Shown here piece by piece: positions 1 through 13,115 of a stretch of DNA of 64,000 nt; position 1 is the stretch's first letter; every line of letters starts with the position of its first letter. Source of the stretch: Lepidodermella squamata (lineage: Eukaryota > Animalia > Gastrotricha). The position numbers and the translations under genes are program-made. Where the stretch lies: contig JBLDXI010000012.1 in the NCBI GenBank assembly GCA_047495785.1, positions 806,001 through 870,000 on the forward strand. The letters are read 5' to 3'. The notes under the pieces were generated by a model that had not been told where the DNA came from, made no database searches, and was given only the letters and a program-made list of their open reading frames with translations.

Positions 1-230
1 CTTTGGATTGAAATCAAAATTAAAACGGTGTATAGGCTAATCATTTTAAACGGCTCGGCGTTTGGTTCAATGGGTGGTACATTCGCATCGCTAACGGCGG
101 TTTTCTCCAGATGATTTTTCAACGCTTCGAACACGTCCGCGCCAGATTGGCGACATTTCGATTCGGAAATGGCAGCTGAGACTGATTTTAAGCTAACAAT
201 TGAGATAATTAGGAAATCGCAAAACTTCAT
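1..230 (-). CDS. Cys-loop LGIC subunit, type B, 5' part only (runs off the window)
   Basis: ATG at 230 reads MKFCDFLIISIVSLKSVSAAISESKC...AVSDANVPP...LILISIQ, which matches the N-termini of the type B genes starting at 5023 and 9015 (NVPP/NIPP, LISLQ). Confidence 0.75.
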   Translation of the reverse strand, partial: MKFCDFLIISIVSLKSVSAAISESKCRQSGADVFEALKNHLEKTAVSDANVPPIEPNAEPFKMISLYTVLILISIQ

Positions 231-402
231 CCTTGAGAGCTTGAAAAAATATCGAGTTCAAGTTCTGGTTTGATACATTTTATTCACGCAGGAAACTAGT
301 CATATTCCCTGTAGATTCCGGGTTGCTAGCATTAATTGCTTGCTAGGAACAAACACCATTTTTCGAATTGCGTCAAATCAAACAAGTTTATTTTTTTATT
401 AA

Positions 403-2680
403 TCAGCATTGCGTGAACTTGAAATTCGGAGGATAGAAAAGTTCTCCGGCAATTGTGAAGTTGCCATCCGGCAAAATAACTTGCGCTCGCTCGTAATGAC
501 CTTTGACATAAAGCGAGAAAATGATAACACCAATAACTAGCACAATCAGTCCATAAAGCCCGATTCCAACCAGGTTGGCGGTATTTATCCGTTGTTTCAT
601 TTTTTCGAACTTGAGATCAATTTCATCATCCGCCGATGATGGGTTATCTTTCTTCAAGTTTGTGTCACTGATTTTTCTTTCGTGGTGTGGTAAAATCTGA
701 AATTTAGGAAAATTTAGGAAAATCAAGGTGAAAAGGCGAAAAGATAATTTCCTTACCGAAGATATTGAATTAAATATTGTCATCGTTTTCCCTTTCATTT
801 CGGCGTAATACCACAGGTGAAGCAGAACTGCAGCGTATATCTTTCAAAAAAGTAATAAAAATAACTATTTTATTACATCAATTTTATTTACCGAAGCTAG
901 AACCACTGTCGTGAAAAGGGCGAAAAGTAGCTGTAAATTAATAAATTATTAAAATTGCCTATAAGCCCTTGATCTTTCCTACCCAATAAATTAAAGGCAT
1001 CTCTGACGTCATTGAAATCGCTGGCATAGAGCTGGTGACACTGCTAAAAATCACTAACAAATTACAAAAAAATTCTGAAATTGTTTTAAATTAATAGAAA
1101 AATACCGAAAAATGATAGCTCGACTGTGAAAGCTATGTTCATTTTTTCCTCGGAATTACTCGGTGTAAGGAAAATCGCGAAGCCTGATAACGCGAGAAGT
1201 ACGATAGGTGTGATGATGCTAAATTCGTAGAAAGACACCCGCCGTTTCATTGCGAATCGAATGATAACCGATGGTACATCATCGCGATCGATGATGTAGT
1301 TGGTACCGAGAAATTCCCACTGTGGGTTTTGCAAAATGTAGCGCTAAAAAAATTGGATAGGTTTATTGCAATTATTGATATTAGGATAAAAATAATTACC
1401 AAGGTACACGATGCGTTATTGGGAGGGTAGCGAAAATTGATGAAATCATTTTCGACAAGGGATGCAAGTTCGATGTGGCAAATCTGAAGAAAAGGATACT
1501 AGGAACCCAAAACGAAAATTGCAAATCATTTACCTGGGTGTCGTAAGGGTAAAGATAAAGAGCTGTCCTAAATTAACAAAAATAGTGAAATTGAAATTTT
1601 GAAATTGAAATTTACTCACTTGCAAGAGAGGTCAAACGGATTATAAAGTCGCCATTGAGCTGTTCCGTGATTATCCACCTCAACAGCAACTTTGTCCTGA
1701 TTATCTCGCCAATCTGTTCAAACCAAAAAAATGGCTCACCACCACAGCGTAACAGAAATAACCAAAGTGCAACACAAAATTTAATATTTTGCAGCACACA
1801 TTTTTGCAACACACGACCTTGTTTTTGGCATTAGTGAAACAAGTAAAATTCAGGCATACCAATAGATGTTATAGCGGGCGCGGAATACGACCGTGGTAAT
1901 TGTTTGAATGTCAGGGACGTTGGTACCGGGTAAACCGGGTAAAAACCGGGTAAAACCGGGTAAAACCGGGTACTACCCGGGTAAAAATTGAAAATCGTCC
2001 CTTTCGGTTTTCATATTCGCATTGAGCGTAAAGAACTGCCCCTATCCTATATCTTCTTGTTATATCGAACTTACAAGTTACAGAAATAAGTTATGTGTTG
2101 CAATTTTATCCTGCTGCAAATTGGTGTTTTGTGTTGCGCTGTGGTTTTAAGTGAAAAAAATATTTAAAAAATAATTAGGCTCGAAGTTTAAAGTTCGAAG
2201 TGCCAGTCATTTTTTCGCTATCCTTTTCTGTTATTATTTAAGGATGTGATTTTAAAATTCTCAAAATTTGAATTTGAAAAATATGTTAAAATGTATAAAA
2301 AAAAACTTGCCACCAAGGTTTAGACAATTCACTGGCACAATTTTCGGTGTCCAAATAGCTTCTTGGGCCTTCGAAATTGCGAATGGCAGAGAGCCGGGTG
2401 GAATCCCCGCAGTGTTATTGGCAAAAACATCAGGCGAAAGATGCCACGATAGCAATATTGACATAGAAACAGAGACAGTACTGCGCTTTTCATCGAGCCC
2501 AGTTATGCCCATGAAAATAGCCCTTATATCCATATCAACGTGCCCTGAATCATCGGTAGGTGGCACGTTAGGGTTCATCAAAACGCTGTCGAGGTAGCCT
2601 TGGAATACACGAACAGTGGACGAAGCATCGAGGGAGAAGCATGCGCCGAAAAAACAGGAAAACAAGATTAAAATAATCAT
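403..2680 (-). CDS. Divergent Cys-loop LGIC subunit, type A (multi-exon)
   Basis: Signal peptide, NVPP, LDEK, IWTPKI, YPYDTQ Cys-loop segment, PQWEF, RR-FY-M1, TPSNSEEKMN-M2 and M4 (NTANLVG); GT-AG introns join the exons. Confidence 0.85.
1911..1990. repeat. CCGGGTAAA(A) tandem array in an intron, probably subterminal repeats of a DNA-transposon relic
   Basis: About six copies of ccgggta(aa) after cagggacgttgg; a similar motif lies at ~50390-50455. Confidence 0.6.
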
Positions 2681-2929
2681 TCAATGTGAGATTTCTAAAA
2701 TATAACAAAAAAGGGTGCATTACTTCAGACATGAATATGTATAAATTTTAATTTTTCATACAATTTTTATTCAATTCGAGTTGGAAACGTTAAGGAAATG
2801 CCAGATGACCTGTTTTCGGTTTATTTAAAGCAAAAAAACGGGGTTCCGAAAACGTTGTCAATTTTTCCGCATGAAAGTAGTTATTAGTGAAGTGCAAGGG
2901 CCCAAAAATCGAACTTCTTAAAAACCCGA

Positions 2930-3097
2930 AACTTGGCCTAACCCTTACCATAATCCAATCCCTAACCTTGTCTTTAACCCTGAACCCTAAGGAAGCCCTA
3001 AATCCAGCCCTAACCATATCCTTAACCCTGAACCCTAACTAGGCCCTAACCCTAACCCTAATCCTGACTCTTATAACCCCTAACCCCATATCCTAAA
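2930..3097. repeat. Degenerate interstitial (TAACCC)n telomere-like repeat
   Basis: Many taaccc/taatcc/gaaccc units, including ctaaccctaaccctaatcc. Confidence 0.7.
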
Positions 3098-3187
3098 TCA
3101 CGGTTTTGTCGAAAATCACAAATTTTTAAAAAATTGTATGAAAGAACCCTTCGAAAAAATAATGAAGTTCGTGATTATTTAACAACA

Positions 3188-5023
3188 TCAAGGCTCAACG
3201 AATGAGCAAGGAATAGCAGTTTTCGATATGACATCAGCCGATTTGTTGTAGATGCAGTTCAAACAGCTTGAGAATGTTGCGATAGGCTTGAAGAACAAAT
3301 TGCCGCGCATGGACATCATTCCTTTTTTGTCGCCCGTCAAATAAGTCGAGCTGTCACTGATTGCGACCTTGATGATTGCGAATAAAAAGCCGAGGGTTAC
3401 AACTGTTATGACAACCAAATACACGATGATGCCGATGTTGTTAGAGATATCAAGCCATCGTGATAGTTTCTTCTTTTTAGCCTCCAGTTTATCGATTTCG
3501 GTCTGATCAACTGATTTTTCTTTAGCCTCAGCGATTTCGTCCTCCATTTTCTCCAATTTACCGGTAAAATGCAGTATAATAGCCGCAGCTATTGTTTCTG
3601 CATTTGCTACCACGAAGAGGCACATTAGATACTTGAGGGAAAAAACGAATAAGCTGAGCGAAAAATAATTGCCGGGGAAATTACGTGATAAAGAAGGGGA
3701 ATGTCGGTAGAGTTCGGTGGCAGCGAATTGATGACGGTCGAAAATATGAAGAAAAACGTTAGAAGTACGACAAAACAAACGCCCATTTTCTCGCCACTTT
3801 TTATGAATAAAAAATAATATAAATCATTAAAATTTTGATATTTTTCAAAAAAATTACCTGTTAGCTGCAAAAAATGAGAAAACATTTAAATTTATTGTCG
3901 AAAAATATCGGCTGATATCTTACGAGGAATGATGAAAATTGCAGTTCCGGAATAGGCCAACAGTATTGTAGGGATAATAAGGCTCAGTAAGTGGAACAAC
4001 GGTTTGCGGGAAATGAACAATTGAATGCTGTAATTAGATATAATTAAAGACATTTGGATGGGATTTTACGAGGTTTTTACGAGAATGTTTGAATTTTATA
4101 TCCATCTCCACCGTTTAAAACATCGTCCTCTGTTGACATGCGGGTTCCGACCAAGTCCCACTGAGGGTGAGGAATATAGTTGTCTGAACAAGCGGGTACG
4201 ATGATCCTACTCATAAATAGCATAATTTAGCTGTGAAATTAGTTCAACTATAATTTAACCCATCAAAGAAGGAAGCGTAGCTGAATTCTGATGTGAAAGA
4301 TAGATTGGCTGCGCAAACCTAATACAGAAAAAATCGTAAAAAAAGATTAAAAACTTGAAGAAATTCGAAGCTCCAACTTGGTTGTCCAAAGGAAAGGCTA
4401 CCAACTTCAGATTGCAGGTAAGTTGAAATGTTGAATAAAGCATCATTTGAGCATTTCCTGTCGCAGCATTTATTTCTATCGGCGATTTTTCCAACAAATC
4501 GCGCCAATCGTTCAAGTTCAGCATGTTGATGATCTAGATTTACAATTAATAATTCCGCAATATTTCCACAAATAAATTACCGATATTTTCGGTGTCCAAG
4601 TCGAGCCTTGGCCCTTGCTCAAAGTGTAAGTGGCTGCGTTGCAAAATTCCGTTATGTTCCAGGTGTAATTCAATGAATTTATTTTCCAGGTTAAACTCAA
4701 GGCTCCAGAAACTATTTAAAAAATGAACAATACTTCCCGAATTTAACGGATTTTCTCATACCAGTAATTGCATTCTGTTGTTCGTCGACATTTTGCAACG
4801 ACATGAGAACAAAATTGAGGTAGATTTTAGCATTTGGATACGTGCCGTAGTCAACAAGTGGCGGAATGTTGACATTTTTAACTGCTTTATTGCTCAAATA
4901 ATCGTTCAAGCTCGATCGAACTGAAACATCAGCTCTTCCATAAGGTGAACAGTTTATCTGTTCAGCTTTCACATTGAAATTGACACACCAAAGAACCGCT
5001 AAAATCGCCTCGAAAAATCGCAT
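3188..5023 (-). CDS. Divergent Cys-loop LGIC subunit, type B (multi-exon)
   Basis: MRFFEAIL signal peptide; NIPP; LQNVDEQ; WTPKI; Cys-loop CNLKLVAFPLDNQ(V)C; SGEKMG-M2; LPPNS; M4; CxxC tail. Confidence 0.85.
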
Positions 5024-5252
5024 CTTTTCCTCTGTTATTGGAAATTCAAACTGAAATTTTATTTCTCGATAAAATAATTTTACGCATGAGTCATTGATCG
5101 TAGACAAATTTCGCCGTTGAATTATTTATTTATGTTAATTGCAGTCTGATTTTTAAGTGCTTTCATCGATTTTAACAAAAATGAAAAGCTTTTACACACC
5201 AGGCAACGATTTTATTTGATTAATTTCGCGACGTCACAAATTGAAAACAATT

Positions 5253-7030
5253 TCATCCGCATTGCCAAATTTCTGTGTTTGGCGGGAAAAATTTGTCTTC
5301 CCCTATAGTGAACGATCCATCGTCGTAATACGCCGGCGAATAGTTGGCCGAATTTTCGCCGTAAAATGCAAAAATGACTGTGCAAATCAAAGCGATGCAG
5401 AATCCGTAGAGAAATACGCCGACCGTGTTCGCTGTAGTCACCCTGCGCCATTGCTTTTCGTACTTTTCAACCTTGGTCAAATTTGAGTCGGAGTAAATTT
5501 TAGCCTTGGCAATAGCTAAGTTCGTAGACGGACGTCTAACAATCTCGTTTGCAGGGGTTGAATCGCTTTTCTCTGGTTTGACTTTGCTCCTTTTCATAGA
5601 ATTCCATGATTTTTTCACAAACTGTTAAAAACATTAAGCTGGAATTTTTGGAAGTTTTAAACACCCGATTTACCTCTATAAAGGCAGCGAAAGGGTTTTC
5701 CAAATCAATTCCGCTAACTGCTTGATAGGCTAGTCGGATAACTACCGCAGCATAGACCTAAGAAAATAAATTAATAAATTTCGGGCGGTGGCGATAATAT
5801 CCTCACCAATGCGATGACAACGGCGACAAATAAAGCAAATAAAAGCTGTGTTAAAAGTAAAATTAAAACCGAAATTATCAACCATAAGCAATATTTTACC
5901 CAATAAAGAAGTGGCATTTGACTCGGGGTGGAAATCGCCGGTAAGGAATTGGTAACACTCCCGAAAATGACTAAAATTTGGGCCGTGAAACATGAAATCA
6001 GTCGGAAAAATTCTGAATTTTACCGAAAAAAGATAGTACGACAGAGCAAGCCATGTTCATTTTTTCCTCCGAGTCGCTCGGTGTCAGAAAAATAGCGAAA
6101 CCAGATACGGCTAGCAGCAGCGTTGGTGCAATAACGCTGATTGTGTAGAAGGTGCTTTTCCGAGCTAGGACAAAGGTGATGATAGCTCGGCTAGGTACAT
6201 ATACGTTGCCCTTCATGACCTTGTAATTCGAGCCAAGAAACTCCCACTGAGGGTTAGTGTTGATCGTGCTCTACAATGGGCATACATACCATCAAGGTTT
6301 TTTTTTTATCAAAATCCCATCCTACCACAACGCATGAAGCGTTTGAATATTTAGGATAAGCAAAGCTGATCATGTCATTATCGGTGAGAGAAAGGAATTC
6401 CATCCTGCAGACCTGAATGTCGAACGGGTAATTCAATAACTTGAAGCTAAGAAAAAAGTTAAGGTGAGCTGAAATTGGATGATACATATTTCATGCACTT
6501 ACCGGCATGCCAATTTGAATGGGAAATAGAACCGCCAGCTAGCGACCCGACCACGTATATCGATGCTCACCTTTTCCTGTAAATCACGCCATGCTGTAAT
6601 AGTCAGGAATTGCGATTGAAAAATATCATAAAATTATAAGGAAATTACCCTCAAGATTTAAACAGTTGAGTGGCAATATTTTCGGAGTCCATATGTTCAG
6701 TTGCGGGTTCTTTAACGAAAACTTCAGGGCCTCAGGAGGCAAGAGACTCGAGTCATTTGCAAAAAGCCCCACAGGAAGGCCCCAACTGATTGTCGTAGAG
6801 CTAGTAAGTGAGACTGTGTTGCTTTTCTCGTCCAAGTCTAGTATCGAGAAGAACAGGGTGGCGACTGTTAGTACTACACGCCCCGAATCGTCGACTGGCG
6901 GGACATTTGGGTCAAACTTTACAGCATCCAAAGATCTCTGAAGTGTTGCTACGTCGTTGTTATTGCTGCGATCTGCTCTGGACCGGTCAACCCCGAAACA
7001 GAAGACGAAACAAAGGAATAGGGTAAGCAT
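5253..7030 (-). CDS. Divergent Cys-loop LGIC subunit, type A (multi-exon)
   Basis: Spliced C-x13-C loop CRFKLLNYPFDIQVC; IWTPKI; ARKSTFY-M1; SEEKMN-M2; M4 TTANTVG. Confidence 0.88.
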
Positions 7031-7181
7031 TGTCTAAAATTCAGGGAAAATCATTTAAATTGCATTCTTATCTTTATGAAAATGTAATCTTAACACATGT
7101 CATTCGAGCTAAATCTCATTTCTATGAAAATTTGCGAAAATATGTAATAAATAATTGAAAATATCCGCTTTTTAGAAAAGC

Positions 7182-9015
7182 TCAATTTAATTTGCACCCA
7201 GGGCTAGGCGACAGTTTTTCTGTTGTTTTGTTCAAGTTGCATAATACGCAAGTCGAAAGCTGATCGATAGGCTCGAAGAAAACCAAGTTCCGCATGCGAA
7301 CCAGGCCTGTTTGATCACCGGTCAGCGAACTTGGTCGGTCGTTGATGGCCTGGATGCCCAAAACCAGCATAAAAACGACGGTGACAAGGGTGACTACGGA
7401 CAGGTAGGCCATCAGGCATATGTTATTGACCAGATGTAGCCGTTTCGATGTTTTATCGACTTGGTCCTCGATATTCATCAATTTTGACGTTACACTGTGC
7501 TTGCGCTTGAGTTCGAATTCCAATTTCTGCTCGAGTTTCTCCAACTGCCCAGCAAAGTGTAGAATTACGCCTGCAGTTATTGTTCCAAGCACGTTTATAG
7601 AAAATAGAGTCAATAGATACTTGAATGAAAAAAGTTTAAAATAGTAAACATTTTCAAATTTCTAACAAACATTGTAAAGCAGTGGTATATTAGTTGAATT
7701 CGGCGGAAATGAACCGATGACCGTCGAAAAAATGAAGAAAAATGTGAGGAGGACAGAAAAGCAAACTCCCATTTTCTCGCCGCTTGAAACAAAATTTATA
7801 ATGAAATCACAAAAACTCCTCAAATAAACGTACCTGTTCGCTGTTTTTATTACAAACAAATGTTACGAATTTTCCCGGAGTTGAAGAATTCCTACTTACG
7901 TGGAATGATGAACATAGCTGTACCAGCGTATGACAGGAAAATTGTTGGAATGATAAGGCTGAGAAGATGAAAGAGAGGCTTTCTTTGCATGATAAACTGC
8001 ATTCTGGAATGAACAAACACATCAAATTTCGATTTGAAATCTCAGAATTCTACTTACGACATCATTGATATCCTGACGATTCCTGCGCTCAGAAGATCGC
8101 TCTCAGCTGACCGTCTTGTGCCGACAATGTCCCATTGCGGGTGAGGAATAAACTCAGTCATGCACATCGGAAATATAGTTCTGGAAATTCGGGAAATTAA
8201 GACACATCTTCGACCTTTCCGCCAAAATCTAACCCCTCCTCAAAGTCGACGTAATCATGATCCGAGGTGAATGTCAAGTTCGCTGAGCAGATCTAAACAA
8301 AAAGCATCGAAATCAAATAAGTAACAATAGTAACTATAGTTTTCACCTGGGAATCCATAGGAAAAGGTATGAGGTTGAGATTGCACGAAAGTTCAAATGT
8401 TGAATACAGCGTCATTTGCGCAGATTTGCCTACGGCATCAATCTCAACGGGTGTTTTCTCCATCAAATCACGCCAATCGCCCAGATTTATCATGTTTGTT
8501 ATCTGAAATTTAATTTCAAATTAATTTTTTTGCCGCAAATTCAGCCAGTTCACCGTTGATTTAGGTGTCCAAGTAATGCTCTCGGCTCGATTCAGAGTTA
8601 TTGAGGTGATGTTGCAAAAATCTCGCGGGTTCCAAGTCAAATTGAGCGAGCTTACATCCCAAAGGAATGTTAACGCCCCCGAAACTATGGTATAAAGTGG
8701 TGAAGAAAAATTCAGTGACAAAAATAGCTATAAATTACGGGTGATTGTGTTTCGTTGTTCATCCACATTTTGAAGAGAAATTAGCACGAAATTAGTTCGT
8801 ATTATCAACGATCCGCTTGAATAGGCGCCACCAGAGCTGGCTGCTGGTGGGACATTCACGTTAGTTACGCCGTGATTGGACAGGTACTCCCGCAAAGCCT
8901 TTCGAACGGTGACCCCATTGCCCGGCGAAGAGCAATATTCCTTCGAATATTGGCCATTTGAGCAAGGCAACACCAGCAAAAAGATCAGAAAAATTGAAAG
9001 CAGCATTTTTGTCAT
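7182..9015 (-). CDS. Divergent Cys-loop LGIC subunit, type B (multi-exon)
   Basis: Paralog of 3188-5023: NVPP, LQNVDEQ, CNLNLIPFPMDSQ(I)C, PQWDI, SGEKMG, FPPNS, CxxC tail. Confidence 0.85.
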
Positions 9016-9188
9016 TCTGACACAGGCAGTAATTTTACACTGTTGCAGATCAAAAACTCGAACGGGGGCTCGTTGAAATATTTATGCGCGCGTTTTAATC
9101 AATCTAGGTGTTTATTATTATAGAATATCGCCAGGTTTGAAATTTCAGTAATTTTTCACGGTTCACTGCTTTTATTTTATTGATGAAT

Positions 9189-10437
9189 TCAACCGCTGAT
9201 GCGTCGATAAAATTCGTCTGCTGTGACAGGCTTCCGGCATTTTTTGACGCAGGACCTGCCATCAGTTGAGGGTTGACAATAACAAGGCTATTAATTAGTA
9301 AAAATATAAAATGACTAATTAATTATTTAGATTATAATGACTCACATTATTAGCGACTTGTTCGCATTGGCAAACAGGGTCAGAGGAATCTATTAGACAC
9401 CTTTCGGCCATTCCCTTCCATTGAAATGAGTAGCGAGAATCGTCACATGAGCCTTGTCTATTCGGAACATCTAGGCATATGCACTAAAATTTGGGGGTTA
9501 ATGATAAGATTTCCCAAATTATTTCTTTCATGAAATTCTCACACTATCATTTGCTGATTGAGTAGGGTTTGCGGCAATAAATGGAGCAAGGCCAGTCGGT
9601 ATGCCTCCGTTATTCCGCGGAGGCCTGGTCGCTTTAGACGGAGGACCACGCTGCGTCGCCCAAGAATCCTCAGGATCAAAAGTTGTAGGCGGTTGCTCCG
9701 TAGGCGGAGGCGGGGTGCCACCTGGGCAATACAGGGCTGCTAATTTTTGATAATCACCCAAGGTCGGCGACAAGATATTGCCGAGTTCAATGTCAGGATT
9801 TTCATTCGCAACAATTGTCTTCACACCAGGCGAAATTGCGAATCGTTCACTGGTGTAATGGAGGCGAGATGTCATGTCGTAGGGGATGTTCATAATTCTC
9901 GGGTCGATGAAGTCGTACTTCTTAAACGCATACTGGTAACGCGGATCGATGTTGTCCCACTTGATCGAAATATAATTGTCTCTATCGGGTCTTTGATGCT
10001 CGGCTGGCAGTCCTAGGGCCTGCATAACCACCCAGTAGATGTAACGAGGGCTTGAACAATTGCCGGATAGATAAATCGGCTGTTCGCCATTATCGTCGTA
10101 ACCAATAGCGTGAGACAGGCAGCGAGAATCGCTGGTGAAATTGATGTAATTATCCTCGTTGGTTCGTTCTTGAAAGGTCACGCAGAACCAGTCGTTATTT
10201 AGGGCAGCGAGTGAGTCTAATATCCGCTTTTTCTGGTAAGACTCCAACGATGAATCAATAGCGTATGGCACCATACCATTCGGCCAAGTATTCGAATTGA
10301 AACCAGGCAATACATCATCTTGGCCTGTATTGCAATCAATTTCAATTTTTGAGAATGAAAATTAGATAAAAATATTTACCATTTGCGTAATTTAAGCTGG
10401 CGAGAGTGATAAAAGCGGAAATATGCAACAGGATCAT
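9189..10437 (-). CDS. Secreted astacin-fold (M12A) pseudoprotease with 10-Cys C-terminal domain, copy 1
   Basis: Signal exon from ATG 10437; WPNGMVPY...RPDRD; zinc motif replaced by WVVMQALGLPAEH; Met-turn SRLHY; two further exons encode the Cys-rich tail. Confidence 0.85.
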
Positions 10438-10784
10438 TCTTGAGTCTTTTGTTTCTTGTTAGTAATTTGTGCATCAAAGTTGAAAGCTCCTCTGCTTTTA
10501 TACGCCAAATTTCGTGCTCAATATTTAATCCTTACACGTCCACGTTATTTTTAAATGGTAAATCTCATTTCCGCAACCTCCACTTCCAACTTCGCGTCAA
10601 TTTCGAGACTTGGATTTTTTTGCATCAACTTATTGTGAACTGTTTACTGTTGAATGGTTGAAAACTTCAGCTGACTGACCACCGAATCATCGTAGACAAG
10701 TAAGCTACGTCATTTTCAAAAGCCATATTTACTGAAAATTTGGGGCCAATGAAGTGCGATTCAGGCTCAACTCATTTTTCCAAA

Positions 10785-11010
10785 TCTCCGCTGATTATTT
10801 CCCGCTTATAAACATTTCCGCTATTGCATTTTCCGCCATTTGCAAATCCGCCTCAGTATGAGTTCCGCTATCAACATTTCCGCTCCAGTAGACTTTCGTT
10901 AACAATAGTTCCGCTAGATAGCAATGCCGCCATGTTGCTTCCTGCTTCCAAGTATCCGCCAGGGTGTGCTTTTTCGCTGTATTATGAAATGAATTTTCGA
11001 ATTTGCCGAT
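10785..11010. repeat. ~15-16 bp periodic TTCCGCY motif array with variable spacers
   Basis: ccgct/ccgcc-like motifs at ~10788, 10802, 10818, 10833, 10848, 10865, 10880, 10911, 10928, 10956. Confidence 0.6.
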
Positions 11011-11034
11011 AAATTCTCGTTACAGCTGGTGGAT

Positions 11035-11850
11035 ATTCCTTAGAGTTGGTCTCGGGTCGGGTCTTCAGAGGCACCCATTCTAGCGGGGTTGCCGCCAAGC
11101 TGAGGAGAAGTTCGCATTGCTAACTGCTAAGATCTCATCCATCGCGGCCATAACCTTGCCCATAACCCCTCGGGCAGGGAATAATAGTAGCAGTATAAGC
11201 AGAGAGTGTTGAATGTCCTTATTGTCGTACTCGCGCTGCGGGCGACCTGGCGGCATTAGGCAACCAACAAGATATAGCCCATTCATGAATTACCTGAAGG
11301 AGAGGCTTCGGATCTCGGGGAACACGAGGCTTTGTCCAGCTGCAAAAAGAGACGATTTTCATCAGCATATCGGTATGTTTATTGACCGAGAATACAAGAA
11401 TACCGAGTACACAAGTTAGTATACAAGAAAGGTCTGCTAGTTGCGCACGCTTCAATGCGTACGCTTGTTCTTCATATCTTGTGGGGCCGCAAATGGCGCT
11501 TCCTGCAAGGCGAAAAAATCATGGCCAAATGAATCTTGAACAGCGATAGCGTTTCCCAATCGACCGGTCCAGCATGAGAGCCGCTGGCCTGATCACACGA
11601 AGGATTGGTAATTGGTAACAGGGCTCGGTGGTATGTGAGCTTGTAGGTTGTGCGATGTGACTTGTTGGGTCGCATGGGCGCCTTATAGGGCCAGCTTAGA
11701 CCCTGCATCCCCGAGCTCTACTCTGAAGGGCAGTCACGAAGGAGAACTCAACTCACGAAGGAATGCCAGGGGTAGCCCCGCGCAAGCAGCCTGGTGCCTA
11801 GCTGCTGGCATGCATGCATAAATGCTTTGGACTCGACACTCCTCAAAATC
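11035..11850 (-). mobile_element. Degenerate non-LTR retrotransposon fragment (APE-endonuclease-like)
   Basis: GC-richer block; a stop-interrupted minus frame has HDFFALQEAP and NGLYLVGCLMPP, resembling APE motifs (D-x3-LQE, VYxPP). Confidence 0.35.
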
Positions 11851-13115
11851 ATTCGGACGGGAGCGAAAAATGGCTGAATCGCGATTTTTTTCCACGCTAA
11901 ATTTATGAATGAAAATAATATTTTTTTTTACAACAACACGCAGCCTTCTTCTATTATGCGGCGAAAAATTGCCAATCTTGGGCAATGGGGTCACGATGTC
12001 TCCGCAGGTATAAGCGATATGAAAATAATTATTGAAGATTCAAGAAGAGTAACTCAAGACGCATGCGGCGATGCCAAACAGGGGCAATTATTCTATACAA
12101 TTTTGTGATTACATCACAATTTCCTAAACAATACCATATTTTTAATAGTTCAGAAGAACGCCTGCAAATGTAGGAATAATCGCCAATTTTTCTAGGTTTT
12201 TTCGGATTTTTGAATGAGGGTTCGGCGTTATTTCAATTTTCGTTCAGCCAATTTTTCATTTGCGAAGGCTATGGTTAGAACGAGGGTTAGTTTAGGGGTG
12301 GGTTCGGGTCGATTTCAAAATAAAATTCGCAAAAGAAACAGTAAAAATGTACCTCGTATTTTTGTAAAAATACTCGTATCCTTTCGTTTGAATTTCGACT
12401 CAATTCCACCTTGAGATATAATGAAGTTTATCCACCTTCATTATTATATTCCTTTGTTAAAAATAGTTTACGCAATCGAAAAGCAGAACATGGTACTCTG
12501 GAGGAAGCTACATAATTTCAATTGGCCTTCGATCAAATGCCGCCTAAAATCTTGCGATTTCTGCAATATTAGCCATACGAAATTTTAAACATGCAAGTTT
12601 TTGCCAAATTGCAAGGTAAATTGATAATATATATTGAATGATTGGGAACCGTTCGGTATTATATTCGCCGCGTGATTTGGGAACCCTGAAATTCATTTTT
12701 ATCGGCAAATGAGTCGGGTAACTAATAAGCCTCATCGTGCGTTCTCACCCCAAAAATCAGTTAGAATTTCAGGGAACAGCGATAAATATTATGCGCACAA
12801 GGCGCAGGCCTGATCGCGGTAGCTTATAATCAAAGTGAAATTCCAGTGGCTTCTAACGGTGAATACTAAATAAATTTTTCATCGCTGCCTTCCTCGAACG
12901 ATGATCTATGCGACGGTTCAATTTATTCATGGGAAATGTGTGTAGTTTTGGAGTAATCATGTACCCAGCGCAAAATCGGCGATAGAAAGTAAGCGTAATG
13001 GTGAGATGCTGGTTTTGCGGTTGAAATTATTGTTAATCGGCCATTTTTTTCTGTGATCAAAGCAACACGCGATCAAACTCCACGTTTTTGCCTCTCCGGT
13101 CTCCCCGAATGATTT

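Noticed and set aside
2930-3097. True chromosome end
   Set aside because: The repeats are degenerate, short and internal, with genes on both sides
403-9015. Pseudogenes or a non-standard genetic code, suggested by the fragmented ORFs
   Set aside because: The breaks I traced are explained by short GT-AG introns that restore the frame
10785-11010. CRISPR-like array
   Set aside because: Repeat only 6-7 nt, spacers ~9 nt, eukaryotic context, no cas genes
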